Of a stretch of 64,000 bases of DNA, positions 1 to 9,996 are shown one piece after another. Position 1 is the first letter of the stretch. The number at the start of each line of letters is the position of its first letter. The stretch is taken from NCBI GenBank assembly GCA_046754465.1, contig JBHHVU010000014.1, positions 1 to 64,000 of the forward strand, written 5' to 3'. The DNA comes from Nitrospinaceae bacterium (GTDB taxonomy: Bacteria; Nitrospinota; Nitrospinia; Nitrospinales; VA-1). A model generated the notes under the pieces. It was given only the letters and a program-made list of their open reading frames with translations. It made no database searches and had not been told where the DNA came from. The position numbers were made by a program, and so were the translations under genes.

Positions 1-304
1 GCGGGTGATGGCGGGGATTGAGCGCCTGGTTGCAGCCAAAAACCGGATTAAGTCCCCGATAGAACTAATAGGACATATGACAATCGTTACGGAGAACATC
101 CAAGAAATCCCACAATTTATCCAATTGGCAGAACGAATTAAATTATGTACGGTCGAGTTTGGGTATGACCAACCAACCGTACCGCCGTGGTTGAGCAACC
201 ATCCGGAAGTCAGAAAGAAGCTGATTGACCGGATCAGAGCAGTATCGACCGAAGCCACCATTGCGATTGACAATAAACGACTGGTCCATTTAGGTCTGGT
301 CTAA
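1..304 (+). CDS. 3' end of a gene starting before the window; probable radical SAM-family protein
   Basis: Frame is open from the window edge to TAA at 302-304. MTIVTENIQEIPQFIQLAERI resembles a late strand-helix of radical SAM barrels. The CxxxCxxC motif is not in the window. Confidence 0.45.
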   Translation, partial: RVMAGIERLVAAKNRIKSPIELIGHMTIVTENIQEIPQFIQLAERIKLCTVEFGYDQPTVPPWLSNHPEVRKKLIDRIRAVSTEATIAIDNKRLVHLGLV

Positions 305-454
305 GGCCTGCCAACCTGGGTAATTAGAGAAAAGTGTTTACAGATTTAGACTCCTCCAAGTGAAAGAGTCATGGTTTCTCGGTTAAGATAATTTGTCGAA
401 TCTTAATCCTTAAAGGTAAAACCAATGACTCAGAGCCAATGCGTTATCAGAAGA

Positions 455-665
455 AAGCTGAATATTCTAGATCAAGTTATCATGATGGAATTTTGGAATT
501 CCAATTATTGTTCCCAAATTGGAATTAAAATGGCGAGTCCTCTCGGTTTTTTCGCAAAATATAATATGTTTTGCCAGGAACCCATTCCCGGAACGCCTCT
601 TTTTCATTGGGAACATAATGATCGGGCTTTCTTACGATTGTTGGAACAGTCCGCCTCGCCCAGGC
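455..665 (+). pseudogene. Degenerate fragment paralogous to the downstream phosphotransferase
   Basis: IMMEFWNSNYCSQIGIKMASPLGFFAKYNMFCQEPIPGTPLFHWEHNDRAFLRLLEQSA aligns by eye with IMTKLWQASRWAQKDFKLARPLGFLPHYKMLWQEGLPGTPLFDQERTDPNFFRLLEQAA of 885..2306. The catalytic motifs are missing. Confidence 0.75.
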
Positions 666-884
666 CCTTTCAGTCACCATCGACCATAGTGGGGAAAAGA
701 TGACAGGTATCCTTTTTTCCGGTCCCGCAAAATCTTCCTGTTTTTGGCGGTTGGGTGAATGCCGTATCAAGGGAAGTTACTTGTTGAGCAGTATGGATTC
801 CACGGGGAAAATCCTTGATATGCATTCGAGCCCGGGGGCCAAAATAGAGGGTACCCTTAATTTTCAGACCGTGGGGGTGAAACC

Positions 885-2306
885 ATGAGCGCATTGAAAG
901 AGCTTCCTGTCGATTCCGTTTTGGGAAATCTCCCCTCCGCCTTGGATGTCCAACGGATGAGGAAGGTTTTTCAGGAGAGGATCTTCAGGGCAAACCAGGA
1001 TTCCCGGCAAGTTTTTCAAATCAAGGATTGCCAAATCGAACGAATTAAATACAAACCCAGAAAAACCTGCCTTATTTGTTACCGCCTGGTTATCGAGGAC
1101 CGGGTTTCGGGACGGGAGCACGAACAAATCCTGTGCGGCCGAATCTATGAGAACGGGGGATCCGCTTCCCGGTTCATTAAAGCAGAAAAAAAAGAACAGG
1201 TGAAAACCCCCATCGTCGAGCCCCTTTTGCATTTCCCCGATCTGGACATGGTCCTCTGGGCATTTCCCAATGAACGGAAACTGAGATGGCTGCCCCACCT
1301 CATCGACTCTGATTTTTTAAAGGAAAAAATTCTTCCGCAATTGATGGCCACACGATGGGGAGCAGAATGGAAGTTGACTGGCCTGACGCATTGCATTATC
1401 CATTACAAGCCTGAAGACGCTTGTACGGTCCGCGTGCAGGCCCAATTAAGCAACGATTCCACCGGGGAGGTCCGGTCATGGGTTCTATATGGAAAAACCT
1501 TTTCCGAAGAGCAGGGCGAAGAAATCCAGCATATCATGACGAAATTGTGGCAGGCCAGCCGATGGGCCCAAAAGGATTTCAAACTCGCCCGTCCTCTGGG
1601 ATTCCTTCCTCACTATAAAATGCTTTGGCAGGAAGGACTGCCAGGAACGCCTCTATTCGATCAGGAAAGAACCGACCCAAATTTTTTCCGATTATTGGAG
1701 CAGGCCGCCGCAGCCCTGGTCCAACTGCATCGCATTCCAATGGATTGCAACCGCAAAATCCGGGTCCGGGATGTGGTCGAGCTATTGAAAGAAATGAAAG
1801 AGTTGATTGGGACTTCGTTTCCATCCATCCGTCCAACCCTATCCAGGGTGGTCGACCGCCTCATCAGGCAGGCAGATTCTATTGAGGAGGGTTTTATGGC
1901 CACGCTCCACGGAGACCTGCATTTAAAGAATATTCTTGTTGATGAGGGGAAAATATATCTCATCGATTTAGACGCCTCGGCCATCGGCACACCCCTTCTG
2001 GATTTGGGAAGTTTCTCCGCCGGAGTCATCACCCTGGCCATCATGAATGGGGAAACCTGGGAAATGGCAGAGAAAAAAATCCGGGTATTTACAGAACGTT
2101 ACCGGAAGGAAGCCCCTTGGGACATCCCCCGGCAAGAACTGGACTGGCACACCACCGCCGCGTTAATCAACGAGAGAGCCTTTCGTTCCCTGAAAGGTCT
2201 CAAGGCTGGGAGAATGGAACTGGTAAAAGTCCTGGTCGATATCGCGGACGGGTTGAGCCAAGGATTGCATCCGGGGAGTTTTATTAAACATGTCGAATTA
2301 CGATAA
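885..2306 (+). CDS. Aminoglycoside phosphotransferase (APH)/choline kinase-like protein
   Basis: 473 aa; Brenner-type motif LHGDLHLKNIL followed by LIDLD. Confidence 0.85.
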   Translation: MSALKELPVDSVLGNLPSALDVQRMRKVFQERIFRANQDSRQVFQIKDCQIERIKYKPRKTCLICYRLVIEDRVSGREHEQILCGRIYENGGSASRFIKAEKKEQVKTPIVEPLLHFPDLDMVLWAFPNERKLRWLPHLIDSDFLKEKILPQLMATRWGAEWKLTGLTHCIIHYKPEDACTVRVQAQLSNDSTGEVRSWVLYGKTFSEEQGEEIQHIMTKLWQASRWAQKDFKLARPLGFLPHYKMLWQEGLPGTPLFDQERTDPNFFRLLEQAAAALVQLHRIPMDCNRKIRVRDVVELLKEMKELIGTSFPSIRPTLSRVVDRLIRQADSIEEGFMATLHGDLHLKNILVDEGKIYLIDLDASAIGTPLLDLGSFSAGVITLAIMNGETWEMAEKKIRVFTERYRKEAPWDIPRQELDWHTTAALINERAFRSLKGLKAGRMELVKVLVDIADGLSQGLHPGSFIKHVELR

Positions 2307-3000
2307 TCCAATCGAACTGGCCCCCATAAACAGGGACCGGCAAACCGCCTTTTTAGGTTCCACGGTGTTGCCAAAAAAAATCTTCCTGGTTCGGCACGGG
2401 ACCAGCGAATTGAACGAGGAGAAATTCGTTTCCGGTCAGCTCGACCCCTCGCTTTCCGAAAAAGGAAAAGAGCAGGCCCGTTTTCTCGCCGGAATTTTAC
2501 GCAACGAACCCCTTACCGGGATCCATACCAGCACCTTGTCCCGAACCGTGGAAACCGCGCGGCCGATTGCGGTGCAACATGGGTTGCCAATAACCCAATC
2601 AGACGCGTTAAAGGAAATCCACATGGGGATTCTGCAGGGCCGTTATCGCGACCATCGGGATGTCGAGGCACAGTCCCTCTGGGCCTTAAGAAAGGCCAAC
2701 CCCATTGATTTTCGAATTCCGGGAGGTGAATCTTACGCCGACTTGAAACAACGGGTCGTTCCCGCCCTGAGATCCATTCTGGGGAAAGAGGGTGGAGGGG
2801 TAATCTTGATTGTGGGCCATCGCAATACCAACCGGGTGATCTTGGAGACTCTCTTAAATTGGACGGAAATTCAGGCCATCAACGCGGTTCCCCGGGCAAA
2901 ACACCTCTATGAAATTTATCCCGGTCCCGATCCCCGCTGCAACACCATTTTACTGACTGGGAAAAAAACCGGAATCGTAATCGAGGGATTCCTAACATGA
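2290..3000 (+). CDS. Histidine phosphatase (phosphoglycerate mutase family)
   Basis: LVRHG, LSRTVET, PGGES and LIVGH motifs; overlaps both neighbours. Confidence 0.9.
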   Translation: MSNYDNPIELAPINRDRQTAFLGSTVLPKKIFLVRHGTSELNEEKFVSGQLDPSLSEKGKEQARFLAGILRNEPLTGIHTSTLSRTVETARPIAVQHGLPITQSDALKEIHMGILQGRYRDHRDVEAQSLWALRKANPIDFRIPGGESYADLKQRVVPALRSILGKEGGGVILIVGHRNTNRVILETLLNWTEIQAINAVPRAKHLYEIYPGPDPRCNTILLTGKKTGIVIEGFLT

Positions 3001-4802
3001 GCGGAATGAATCAAAAGAACCTCACCTCCGGGAGCAAAGAGCATCGGGCCGGACTGTTCGGGTTGATCAAGAATTTCTGGCCGTTTATCTGGAAGCGCCG
3101 GGGGACTCTCGCGGGCGCCTATTGCCTGAATGTCGCCGCCGTGGGTGCGATTGTTCTATCGCCTTGGCCCCTAAAAATCATCATTGATAATGTGCTGGGC
3201 GGAGCTCCCTACCCCGCTTCTTTGGATAAATTCCTATATGGATTCTCTCCAGAGACCATGGTGATTTTGCTCGCTGCCGCCTCGGCGGTGATAGCCGTGG
3301 TGGGTACCCTATCCTCCGCATCCGCGAGAATCCTCAATGCCAAGGTGAGGGAACACATGGGATTGAATCTTCGCGACCGGTTGCTTTGCCATCTGCAAAC
3401 TTTTCCTCCCACCCTTCGTAATACATACCGAAGCGGGGAACTGGTTTTACGGTTAATCAACGATGTCAATCAAGTGGCAAGACTTTTCAACGTAACCCTG
3501 CCGGAAATTTTTCGTCTGGGAACGGACATTTTAACGACGTTTGCGGTTATGTTTTGGATCGAACCGCGGCTGGCGGGTTTCAGTGGATTGATTGTCTTGT
3601 TGCTGGGTTGGCTGGTAAAGGGGCATACCGGTCCCCTGCAAAAAGCTTCCAGGCAAAAAAGACGGCGCGAGGGACAAACCGCCGGTCTGGCACAGGAGAT
3701 CATCAGGGGGATACCCACCATCCAGGCCCTGGGGATCGAAAACGCCATCCAAAAACGTTTTAAAAAATCCAACTCCAAAAGCCTGAATGCGGGGTTGCAT
3801 GAATTGCGCGTGGCGATTGGAATGGAGCGGATTTTAAGAGTCGCCAGTGGAATCATGGTGGGATTAGTCATCGGCGGAGGAGGCCTGCTGGTTCTGTGGA
3901 ATCAAATTACAGTGGGTGAACTCACAGTATTCGCGGCATATGTCATTCGTCTTCTGAAACCCGTGGAAAAAATGAATGAAATGGCTTCATCGGTTTCCCG
4001 GGCCGTGGCGCGGGGAGAGTTGCTGATCTCACTTTTGGACCAAAAATCGATCGTACCCGAAGTTTCCGACCATCCGGATCAAATCCGCCTGGACAAACCC
4101 TCGGCCGGGTTGCTGGAACTTCGCGGGGTCACATTTGCCTATCCGGGCGCGGACTCACGGTCCGCCGGAGAACCCGTCCTGGAAAACCTGGATTTGAGGT
4201 TGGAACGGGGACAACTCGCGGTCCTGACCGGGCCCAGCGGCAGCGGAAAAAGTACGTTATTGTATTTGTTGCTGCGCCTGCTGGATCCTTCTTCCGGACA
4301 AATTCTCCTGGACAATATTCCTTATGACCGGCTCAACCTGCGTTCCCTTCGTTCCCAATTCGCCGTCATGCTCCAGGATACGCATTTATTCGCCGGTTCT
4401 ATACGGGAAACCTTGCGTCCGGCAAACAAAAAATTAGAAGACGAGGCGTTGTGGGGCGCCTTGAAACTCGTTGCAATGGACGATCATGTCCGGAAGCTTC
4501 CGGACCGTCTGGACACCGAACTGGATGAAGATGGCGTGAATTTTTCGGGCGGCCAACGCGCCCGGTTATCCCTGGCAAGAGCCTTTCTTCTCAACCGGCC
4601 TTTCCTGATTCTCGATGAACCCCTGGCCAACGTGGATGTTGACTCTCAAAAAATAATCCTGGATGCTTTGAATCAAATTCGCCCGGGCCGGACCTGCCTG
4701 GTCATTACGCACCAATTGTCCTTGCTGGACCGGGCGGATGTCATCCTTCAGCTGAAAGACCGCCGAATCCTTGAATTTAATGATTTAACCGCGAGTGAGT
4801 GA
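2997..4802 (+). CDS. ABC exporter, fused permease/ATPase (MsbA-like architecture)
   Basis: N-terminal TM segments; Walker A GPSGSGKST, signature FSGGQ, Walker B ILDE, H-loop ITHQ. Confidence 0.92.
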   Translation: MSGMNQKNLTSGSKEHRAGLFGLIKNFWPFIWKRRGTLAGAYCLNVAAVGAIVLSPWPLKIIIDNVLGGAPYPASLDKFLYGFSPETMVILLAAASAVIAVVGTLSSASARILNAKVREHMGLNLRDRLLCHLQTFPPTLRNTYRSGELVLRLINDVNQVARLFNVTLPEIFRLGTDILTTFAVMFWIEPRLAGFSGLIVLLLGWLVKGHTGPLQKASRQKRRREGQTAGLAQEIIRGIPTIQALGIENAIQKRFKKSNSKSLNAGLHELRVAIGMERILRVASGIMVGLVIGGGGLLVLWNQITVGELTVFAAYVIRLLKPVEKMNEMASSVSRAVARGELLISLLDQKSIVPEVSDHPDQIRLDKPSAGLLELRGVTFAYPGADSRSAGEPVLENLDLRLERGQLAVLTGPSGSGKSTLLYLLLRLLDPSSGQILLDNIPYDRLNLRSLRSQFAVMLQDTHLFAGSIRETLRPANKKLEDEALWGALKLVAMDDHVRKLPDRLDTELDEDGVNFSGGQRARLSLARAFLLNRPFLILDEPLANVDVDSQKIILDALNQIRPGRTCLVITHQLSLLDRADVILQLKDRRILEFNDLTASE

Positions 4803-4888
4803 ATCCTTTTTTAAAATAACGAAATATCATCCGCATACTCTGATGAATAATTATCCAGAAATGGGAGGTTAAAAAGAAGGGTGGAATC

Positions 4889-6082
4889 ATGACCGAACCC
4901 CCAAATATACTTTTTTACTGTCAACACTCCCTGGGAATGGGCCATTTAGTCCGGTCCTTCGCACTGGCGGGGACTCTTACCGAATCGTTTGATGTTACTT
5001 TTCTCAATGGAGGTCCCTTGCCAAGGGGCATGGTGCCACCCAAGGGCGTTAACATCATCAATCTTCCCCCCCTGGGAACGGACGGGCCGGACGGCATGCT
5101 CATTAGCAGGGATCCGATTTATTCAGTGGAAAAGGCCTTGAAAATCCGCCGGAGAATGATTCTTGCCATGCTGGAAAAGAAAAGACCCTCCATTTTGTTG
5201 ATCGAATTGTTTCCCTTTGGTCGCAAAAAATTCAGGGAAGAACTCATTCCCCTCCTGGAAGCGGCCAAGAATCAAACCCCGGCCCCGCCAAAAGTAATCT
5301 GCAGCCTCAGAGATATTTTGGTGGACCGGGGAGGCGAAAAACAGGTCAAGCACGATGATCGGGCCCGGGATCTGCTTCACTTGTATTTTGATGCGGTTTT
5401 GGTTCACACAGACCCGAATTTTGCCCGATTGGAAGAATCGTTTAAACCAACTTATCCCATGAAAATTCCGGTCCATTACACAGGCTTCGTGGTTCCGCCT
5501 GAAAAACAAAAGGTCCGGGGGCACATTCCGCATGAGATTGTCGTCTCGGCGGGAGGGGGACTGGTTGGCGGACCCTTGTTCCGGGCGGCTCTGGACGCCC
5601 AAGGGGAATTGTGGGAAAGGGATAAAATGGGCATGACTCTCATTACTGGTCCGTTTCTTCCCACATCGGATGCGGAGGTGCTGCATTCCCAAGCCCGGGA
5701 ACGTAAAGGCCTTGAAATTTTACGTTTTGTTCCCAATCTTTGTGGTATAATCGGCACGGCTAAAGTATCCGTAAGCCAATTTGGGTATAATACGGCCATG
5801 GATGTACTACGTTCCGGAATACCCTCTTTGGTGGTTCCGTATGAGGAAGGGACTCAGAGTGAGCAGTGGGACCGGGCTAAACGGTTGGATAAATTGGGCG
5901 CTATCCGGTTACTGCGGCAGAAAAACCTTAAAGGGGGGGCGCTGGCCCGGGAAATTCGAACCCTCTTAAAATTCAAGCCAAAACCCACCCAGCTCAATTT
6001 AAGCGGGGCTAGGAATACTCTTCGGATCTTGGAAGAAATGGTTTTTACCGCCCCCACTTACATCCATTCCTCCGTCCCCTGA
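4889..6082 (+). CDS. GT-B glycosyltransferase (COG4671-like, GT28 C-terminal-like)
   Basis: YCQHSLGMGHLVRS, ELFPFGR, VSAGGG, SQFGYNT and EQWDRA motifs; GGAGG upstream. Confidence 0.85.
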   Translation: MTEPPNILFYCQHSLGMGHLVRSFALAGTLTESFDVTFLNGGPLPRGMVPPKGVNIINLPPLGTDGPDGMLISRDPIYSVEKALKIRRRMILAMLEKKRPSILLIELFPFGRKKFREELIPLLEAAKNQTPAPPKVICSLRDILVDRGGEKQVKHDDRARDLLHLYFDAVLVHTDPNFARLEESFKPTYPMKIPVHYTGFVVPPEKQKVRGHIPHEIVVSAGGGLVGGPLFRAALDAQGELWERDKMGMTLITGPFLPTSDAEVLHSQARERKGLEILRFVPNLCGIIGTAKVSVSQFGYNTAMDVLRSGIPSLVVPYEEGTQSEQWDRAKRLDKLGAIRLLRQKNLKGGALAREIRTLLKFKPKPTQLNLSGARNTLRILEEMVFTAPTYIHSSVP

Positions 6083-6122
6083 TTGATATAAATTCTTCTT
6101 TGGAACCCAATACGGGGTTGAT

Positions 6123-6878
6123 GTGTCTGAACTGGAATGGTTGCATCCAATAAAACAAGCAATTGGGGGCAACTCCCCGGCATCGAAAATCTTTTTTCGG
6201 GATGATGACGCCGGCTGGTGCGATGAACATCTCTTCCAATTGCTGGATATTTTTTCCATCCATTCGATTCCCCTTGATATCGCCGTCATCCCCCAAGCCC
6301 TGAACGAGGCCTTGGCCTCTTCCTTGGTGAGGCGCTGGGAAAAAGACCCGCCCCGGCTGGGACTCCACCAGCACGGGTTCAGCCATCAAAATCATGAGCC
6401 CGAGGGCCGCAAATGTGAGTTTGGTCCCATAAGGTCGCCGGAAGAACAACTCCACGATATCCACAAGGGACAACAATGCCTTCAAAAACTTCTCGGGGGA
6501 AATGTCGATCCGATTTTCACGCCCCCTTGGAATCGCTGCTCAAGGGTGACAGCGGATTGTTTGAAAAATCTCAATTTTAAGGTTTTGTCCCGCGATGTTA
6601 CCGCCGACCCTTTAAATGTGGCGGGGTTGGTGGAGCTTCCCGTTAATATCGATTGGTTCCGCCGGCGAAAGGGTGTCAGAATCTCCCAGTTCGAATTGGG
6701 CCAAGCCATTGCCAACGCGATTCAAAGTGAGCCTTTTTTGGGGATCATGCTGCATCATGAACCGATGGAACATGAGGATTTTCAGGCCCTGGACCAACTG
6801 CTGGCCTTGTTTGCCAGGCACGAAGGAATTCATTGTTGTTTGATGCGCAATATTGTGCATAATGGCAGCCAAAATTAG
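6123..6878 (+). CDS. Polysaccharide deacetylase-like (NodB-fold) protein
   Basis: FFRDDDAG, HQHGFSH, FTPPWNR and GIMLHH motifs. Exact start codon uncertain. Confidence 0.8.
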   Translation: MSELEWLHPIKQAIGGNSPASKIFFRDDDAGWCDEHLFQLLDIFSIHSIPLDIAVIPQALNEALASSLVRRWEKDPPRLGLHQHGFSHQNHEPEGRKCEFGPIRSPEEQLHDIHKGQQCLQKLLGGNVDPIFTPPWNRCSRVTADCLKNLNFKVLSRDVTADPLNVAGLVELPVNIDWFRRRKGVRISQFELGQAIANAIQSEPFLGIMLHHEPMEHEDFQALDQLLALFARHEGIHCCLMRNIVHNGSQN

Positions 6879-8772
6879 ATCAAGGTTCCTATCGATATAT
6901 GGAAAGGGTACCGTTCTGAACCGAATTATCTTTTTGGCTATTCTGGTATTCTTACTGCTGCCCATTCAAGTCCTGAAAGCGGAAAACCTTGTCGGAAAAC
7001 GGTTTAAAATAACCGGCCAATGGTCCGAATCGGGCTTGACGGCTAACAGGCTCCAAAACAAGGATCCCAGAAAAGACCCGGATACCGGTTGGGTTATTGG
7101 CCGTGTGGAAAACCTGGACCGTAAGAACCATTTCCTGAATATAGGTCCTTTCCATATCCGCTGGGACACATCCACTCGTTCGCAAAAAATCCACCCCGCG
7201 GACTTAAAAGCCGGTCTGATTGTCAAAATAAAATTCCGCATTGAAAGTAAGAACAAGTTTCTCGCCCTCCTCTTCCGGTCCGGTCCCTCTTCCCTCCCCG
7301 CCAACCAGGTTAAAATTATTGGAACGGTGATGCGAATGAAACCGTTGCCGGACGGTTCCACCCAAGTCATCGTTTTCGGCCTTCCCGTCACCATTCCCAA
7401 GGATGCACGCAGGGAGGCCGTTTTTCTCACCCGGCGGCCAGACGATAAACGGCCGGACACCCAATACTCTTTTCCGGTTCTTGGCCAGCCTTTGACAATA
7501 GGCGGGGAATATGAATTAAAAACCCGGTGGAAAGAGGACCCAAAATTGAACGCCAGCCCGGACGATCTTTTGGAATTGAATCAGAAACTGCAATTAGAAT
7601 TTTTTTATCCCGCCACCCACTCAATATCCTTTTTTTTCGCGGTGGATGTAATTGGAGAAACGGAATTGCACGCCGAAGACAATCTTGAGGAATCCGATGC
7701 CGGGTTGAAACGCAGGGAAACCTGGGTGTTTGCCAATAACTTGTTGGACAGCGATTTCAGTCTTCAGGTGGGGCGCATTGATATCGTGGAACCCAGGGAG
7801 TGGTGGTGGGATGAGGATCTGGATTCCGTCCGCCTCTTCTACAACAATTTTCCTTTCTATTTTCAGATAGCTCTCGCCAAAGAACTCGGACAGAACAATA
7901 CCACCCAATCCAGTATCGATCCCGAAGACGAGCAAATCATAAGATTTCTCGGCCAACTGGGAATGGTGTGGACCAAGAACAATCGCATCGAATTTTTCTT
8001 CCTGACCCAAAACGATGTATCCAACACCGCATCCCTTGGAGATACTTTAAAAACCTCGGATAAAGATGCCAGTGACGCCCAGTTGACCTGGCTGGGGCTC
8101 CGGGCGATAGGAAAAGCCAGAAAATTTCCGGCCGGGCGGCTGACCTACTGGTTTGACAGTGCCCTGGTCTGGGGACAGGAATCGTTGCTGAAATTTGCCA
8201 CCGTCAACAGCGACCTGAGTTCGGTCAGTTCGCTTGTAGAACGGGACATATTTGGATGGGCCTTCGATCTGGGGTTTACCTGGACGCCGCCGGTAAAAGG
8301 GAAACCCACCCTCACCTTCGGCTACGCGGTGGGGTCGGGGGACAGAAATGAAAGAAATTCCAAGGACAACGCTTTCCGGCAAACGGGACTGCAGGACAAC
8401 AACAACAAATTCCGGGGAGTGGATCGCTTTCGATATTATGGCGAATTGTTCCGGCCCGAGCTTTCCAACATGTATATCCTGACGGCCGCCGCCGGGATTC
8501 GCATTTTACCCAACAGTTCGGTGGAACTGCTCTATCATAATTATCACCAGGTGAAGGCGGCCCCCTTTTTAAGAAGTGCCGGTATTAAAACCTCTCCACT
8601 GGGAACCGACAGGGACCTGGGAAATGAACTGGATTTAGTCATAGGCCTCGAAGAATGGAGGCACGTGGAACTTGAAATTGTGAACGCCTGGTTCTGGGCC
8701 GGGGATGCCTTTGGCACCCGTTCGGGGGAGTTAGCCTTTCAATCTGAATTTAAATTCAATTACAACTTTTAA
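6853..8772 (+). CDS. AlgE-like (alginate export family) outer-membrane porin with extra N-terminal beta-rich domains
   Basis: Hydrophobic signal-like segment. QVGR..WWWDEDLD, GYAVGSGD, FRQTGLQDN and YGELFRPELSN resemble AlgE motifs. C-terminal Phe (FNYNF). The true start may lie slightly downstream. Confidence 0.8.
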   Translation: MCIMAAKIRSRFLSIYGKGTVLNRIIFLAILVFLLLPIQVLKAENLVGKRFKITGQWSESGLTANRLQNKDPRKDPDTGWVIGRVENLDRKNHFLNIGPFHIRWDTSTRSQKIHPADLKAGLIVKIKFRIESKNKFLALLFRSGPSSLPANQVKIIGTVMRMKPLPDGSTQVIVFGLPVTIPKDARREAVFLTRRPDDKRPDTQYSFPVLGQPLTIGGEYELKTRWKEDPKLNASPDDLLELNQKLQLEFFYPATHSISFFFAVDVIGETELHAEDNLEESDAGLKRRETWVFANNLLDSDFSLQVGRIDIVEPREWWWDEDLDSVRLFYNNFPFYFQIALAKELGQNNTTQSSIDPEDEQIIRFLGQLGMVWTKNNRIEFFFLTQNDVSNTASLGDTLKTSDKDASDAQLTWLGLRAIGKARKFPAGRLTYWFDSALVWGQESLLKFATVNSDLSSVSSLVERDIFGWAFDLGFTWTPPVKGKPTLTFGYAVGSGDRNERNSKDNAFRQTGLQDNNNKFRGVDRFRYYGELFRPELSNMYILTAAAGIRILPNSSVELLYHNYHQVKAAPFLRSAGIKTSPLGTDRDLGNELDLVIGLEEWRHVELEIVNAWFWAGDAFGTRSGELAFQSEFKFNYNF

Positions 8773-8774
8773 TA

Positions 8775-9671
8775 TTATTGAGATAAATTTTCGAGTTTTT
8801 CCACCAAACCTTTTTCAATCAATTCCTGGTATTTATCGGGAGAAACATCATAGACGGTCCGAAACCCTCCCCGCCTGGGCCTATTGGTATTTTCGAATAA
8901 AAATTCTCTCATTGGGGCGCTAAAATCAGGGTTCAACTTGAGTTGAAAATCCAACTGCCCTGGATCCACTTTGGTAATTTTAAGGACACAACGGCTGGTT
9001 TCTAAAAACTGAAACTTGAATCCCTTTCCATCGAACAACCGTAAATAATCAGGAAGGGGGATAAGCTCCTGGCCATATTTAAGAATAAACCGGCTGGTGT
9101 AGGATGTGAGCTGTTTATCCTTGGAAGCAAGGCCATGGGGATAATCCCATCTGGATTCACCAAGATGAAGCAAGGCAATTCCGCCGGGCCGCAGAACCCG
9201 GCACACTTCTTCCAAAAACCTGGCCTTATTCGTCATAAAACGTACCGTAACCACTGAATAAATGAAATCTAATTTTTCGTTTTCGAAATGGAGATTCGTT
9301 GCATCGTAAAAATATATTGTTGGAGGCGGAATATTTTTAAAATTTTCTCTGGAAGCCACACCATAATGAACGGCAATATCGATCAAAGCCCCACTATTGG
9401 TTAGTGGAGGTTTTTTTTCTGATGGTAAAGTTATCCCATGAAAATCCACGGCAAGATTTCGAAATCCATAGGCCAGTTCCATAAGGGCTCTTCCATAACC
9501 AAAGCCCACTTCCAAAACCTTTATAGGTTTCCTCTTGTTTCCGGCACAAAGGCCAGACAAAGTTGTTTCGAGAATACTAGATTCTTTTAAAAGTAAATGG
9601 TTGATTTCTTTAAGAGGACGATTCTTCGCCTTTGCCTGCTCTGAATGGTCGTTAACTGTCATCACCTTCAC
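8775..9671 (-). CDS. Class I SAM-dependent methyltransferase
   Basis: VLEVGFGYG motif I, DATNLHF, RVLRPGG. Confidence 0.85.
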   Translation of the reverse strand: MKVMTVNDHSEQAKAKNRPLKEINHLLLKESSILETTLSGLCAGNKRKPIKVLEVGFGYGRALMELAYGFRNLAVDFHGITLPSEKKPPLTNSGALIDIAVHYGVASRENFKNIPPPTIYFYDATNLHFENEKLDFIYSVVTVRFMTNKARFLEEVCRVLRPGGIALLHLGESRWDYPHGLASKDKQLTSYTSRFILKYGQELIPLPDYLRLFDGKGFKFQFLETSRCVLKITKVDPGQLDFQLKLNPDFSAPMREFLFENTNRPRRGGFRTVYDVSPDKYQELIEKGLVEKLENLSQ

Positions 9672-9996
9672 AATGGAATAATTGTTTAGCCACCCGCCGC
9701 CGGTGGTAGGATTTTAACATAACGGTTCAACCCTTGAAAAGAATAAATCTAAATGGGGTGAGTGGCGATTCCCAGTTGGTTTCGCAGAATATTTCGCCCA
9801 TATAGGAAGGTTTAATAGAGCCGGGAAGCAGTCTGCATGGGCAAGACAGCCTGAATTTTCCCTTGGAAAGGAGGGGTGGTTTTTACTAACCAGGGCAATA
9901 AATAGTTAACGCGGATTCAACCCACCGGCGCAATAGTAAATAAAGTGGCATCTCGTATATAAAAATTAATGGCCTCGCGGTATCTCATCCATTTTA

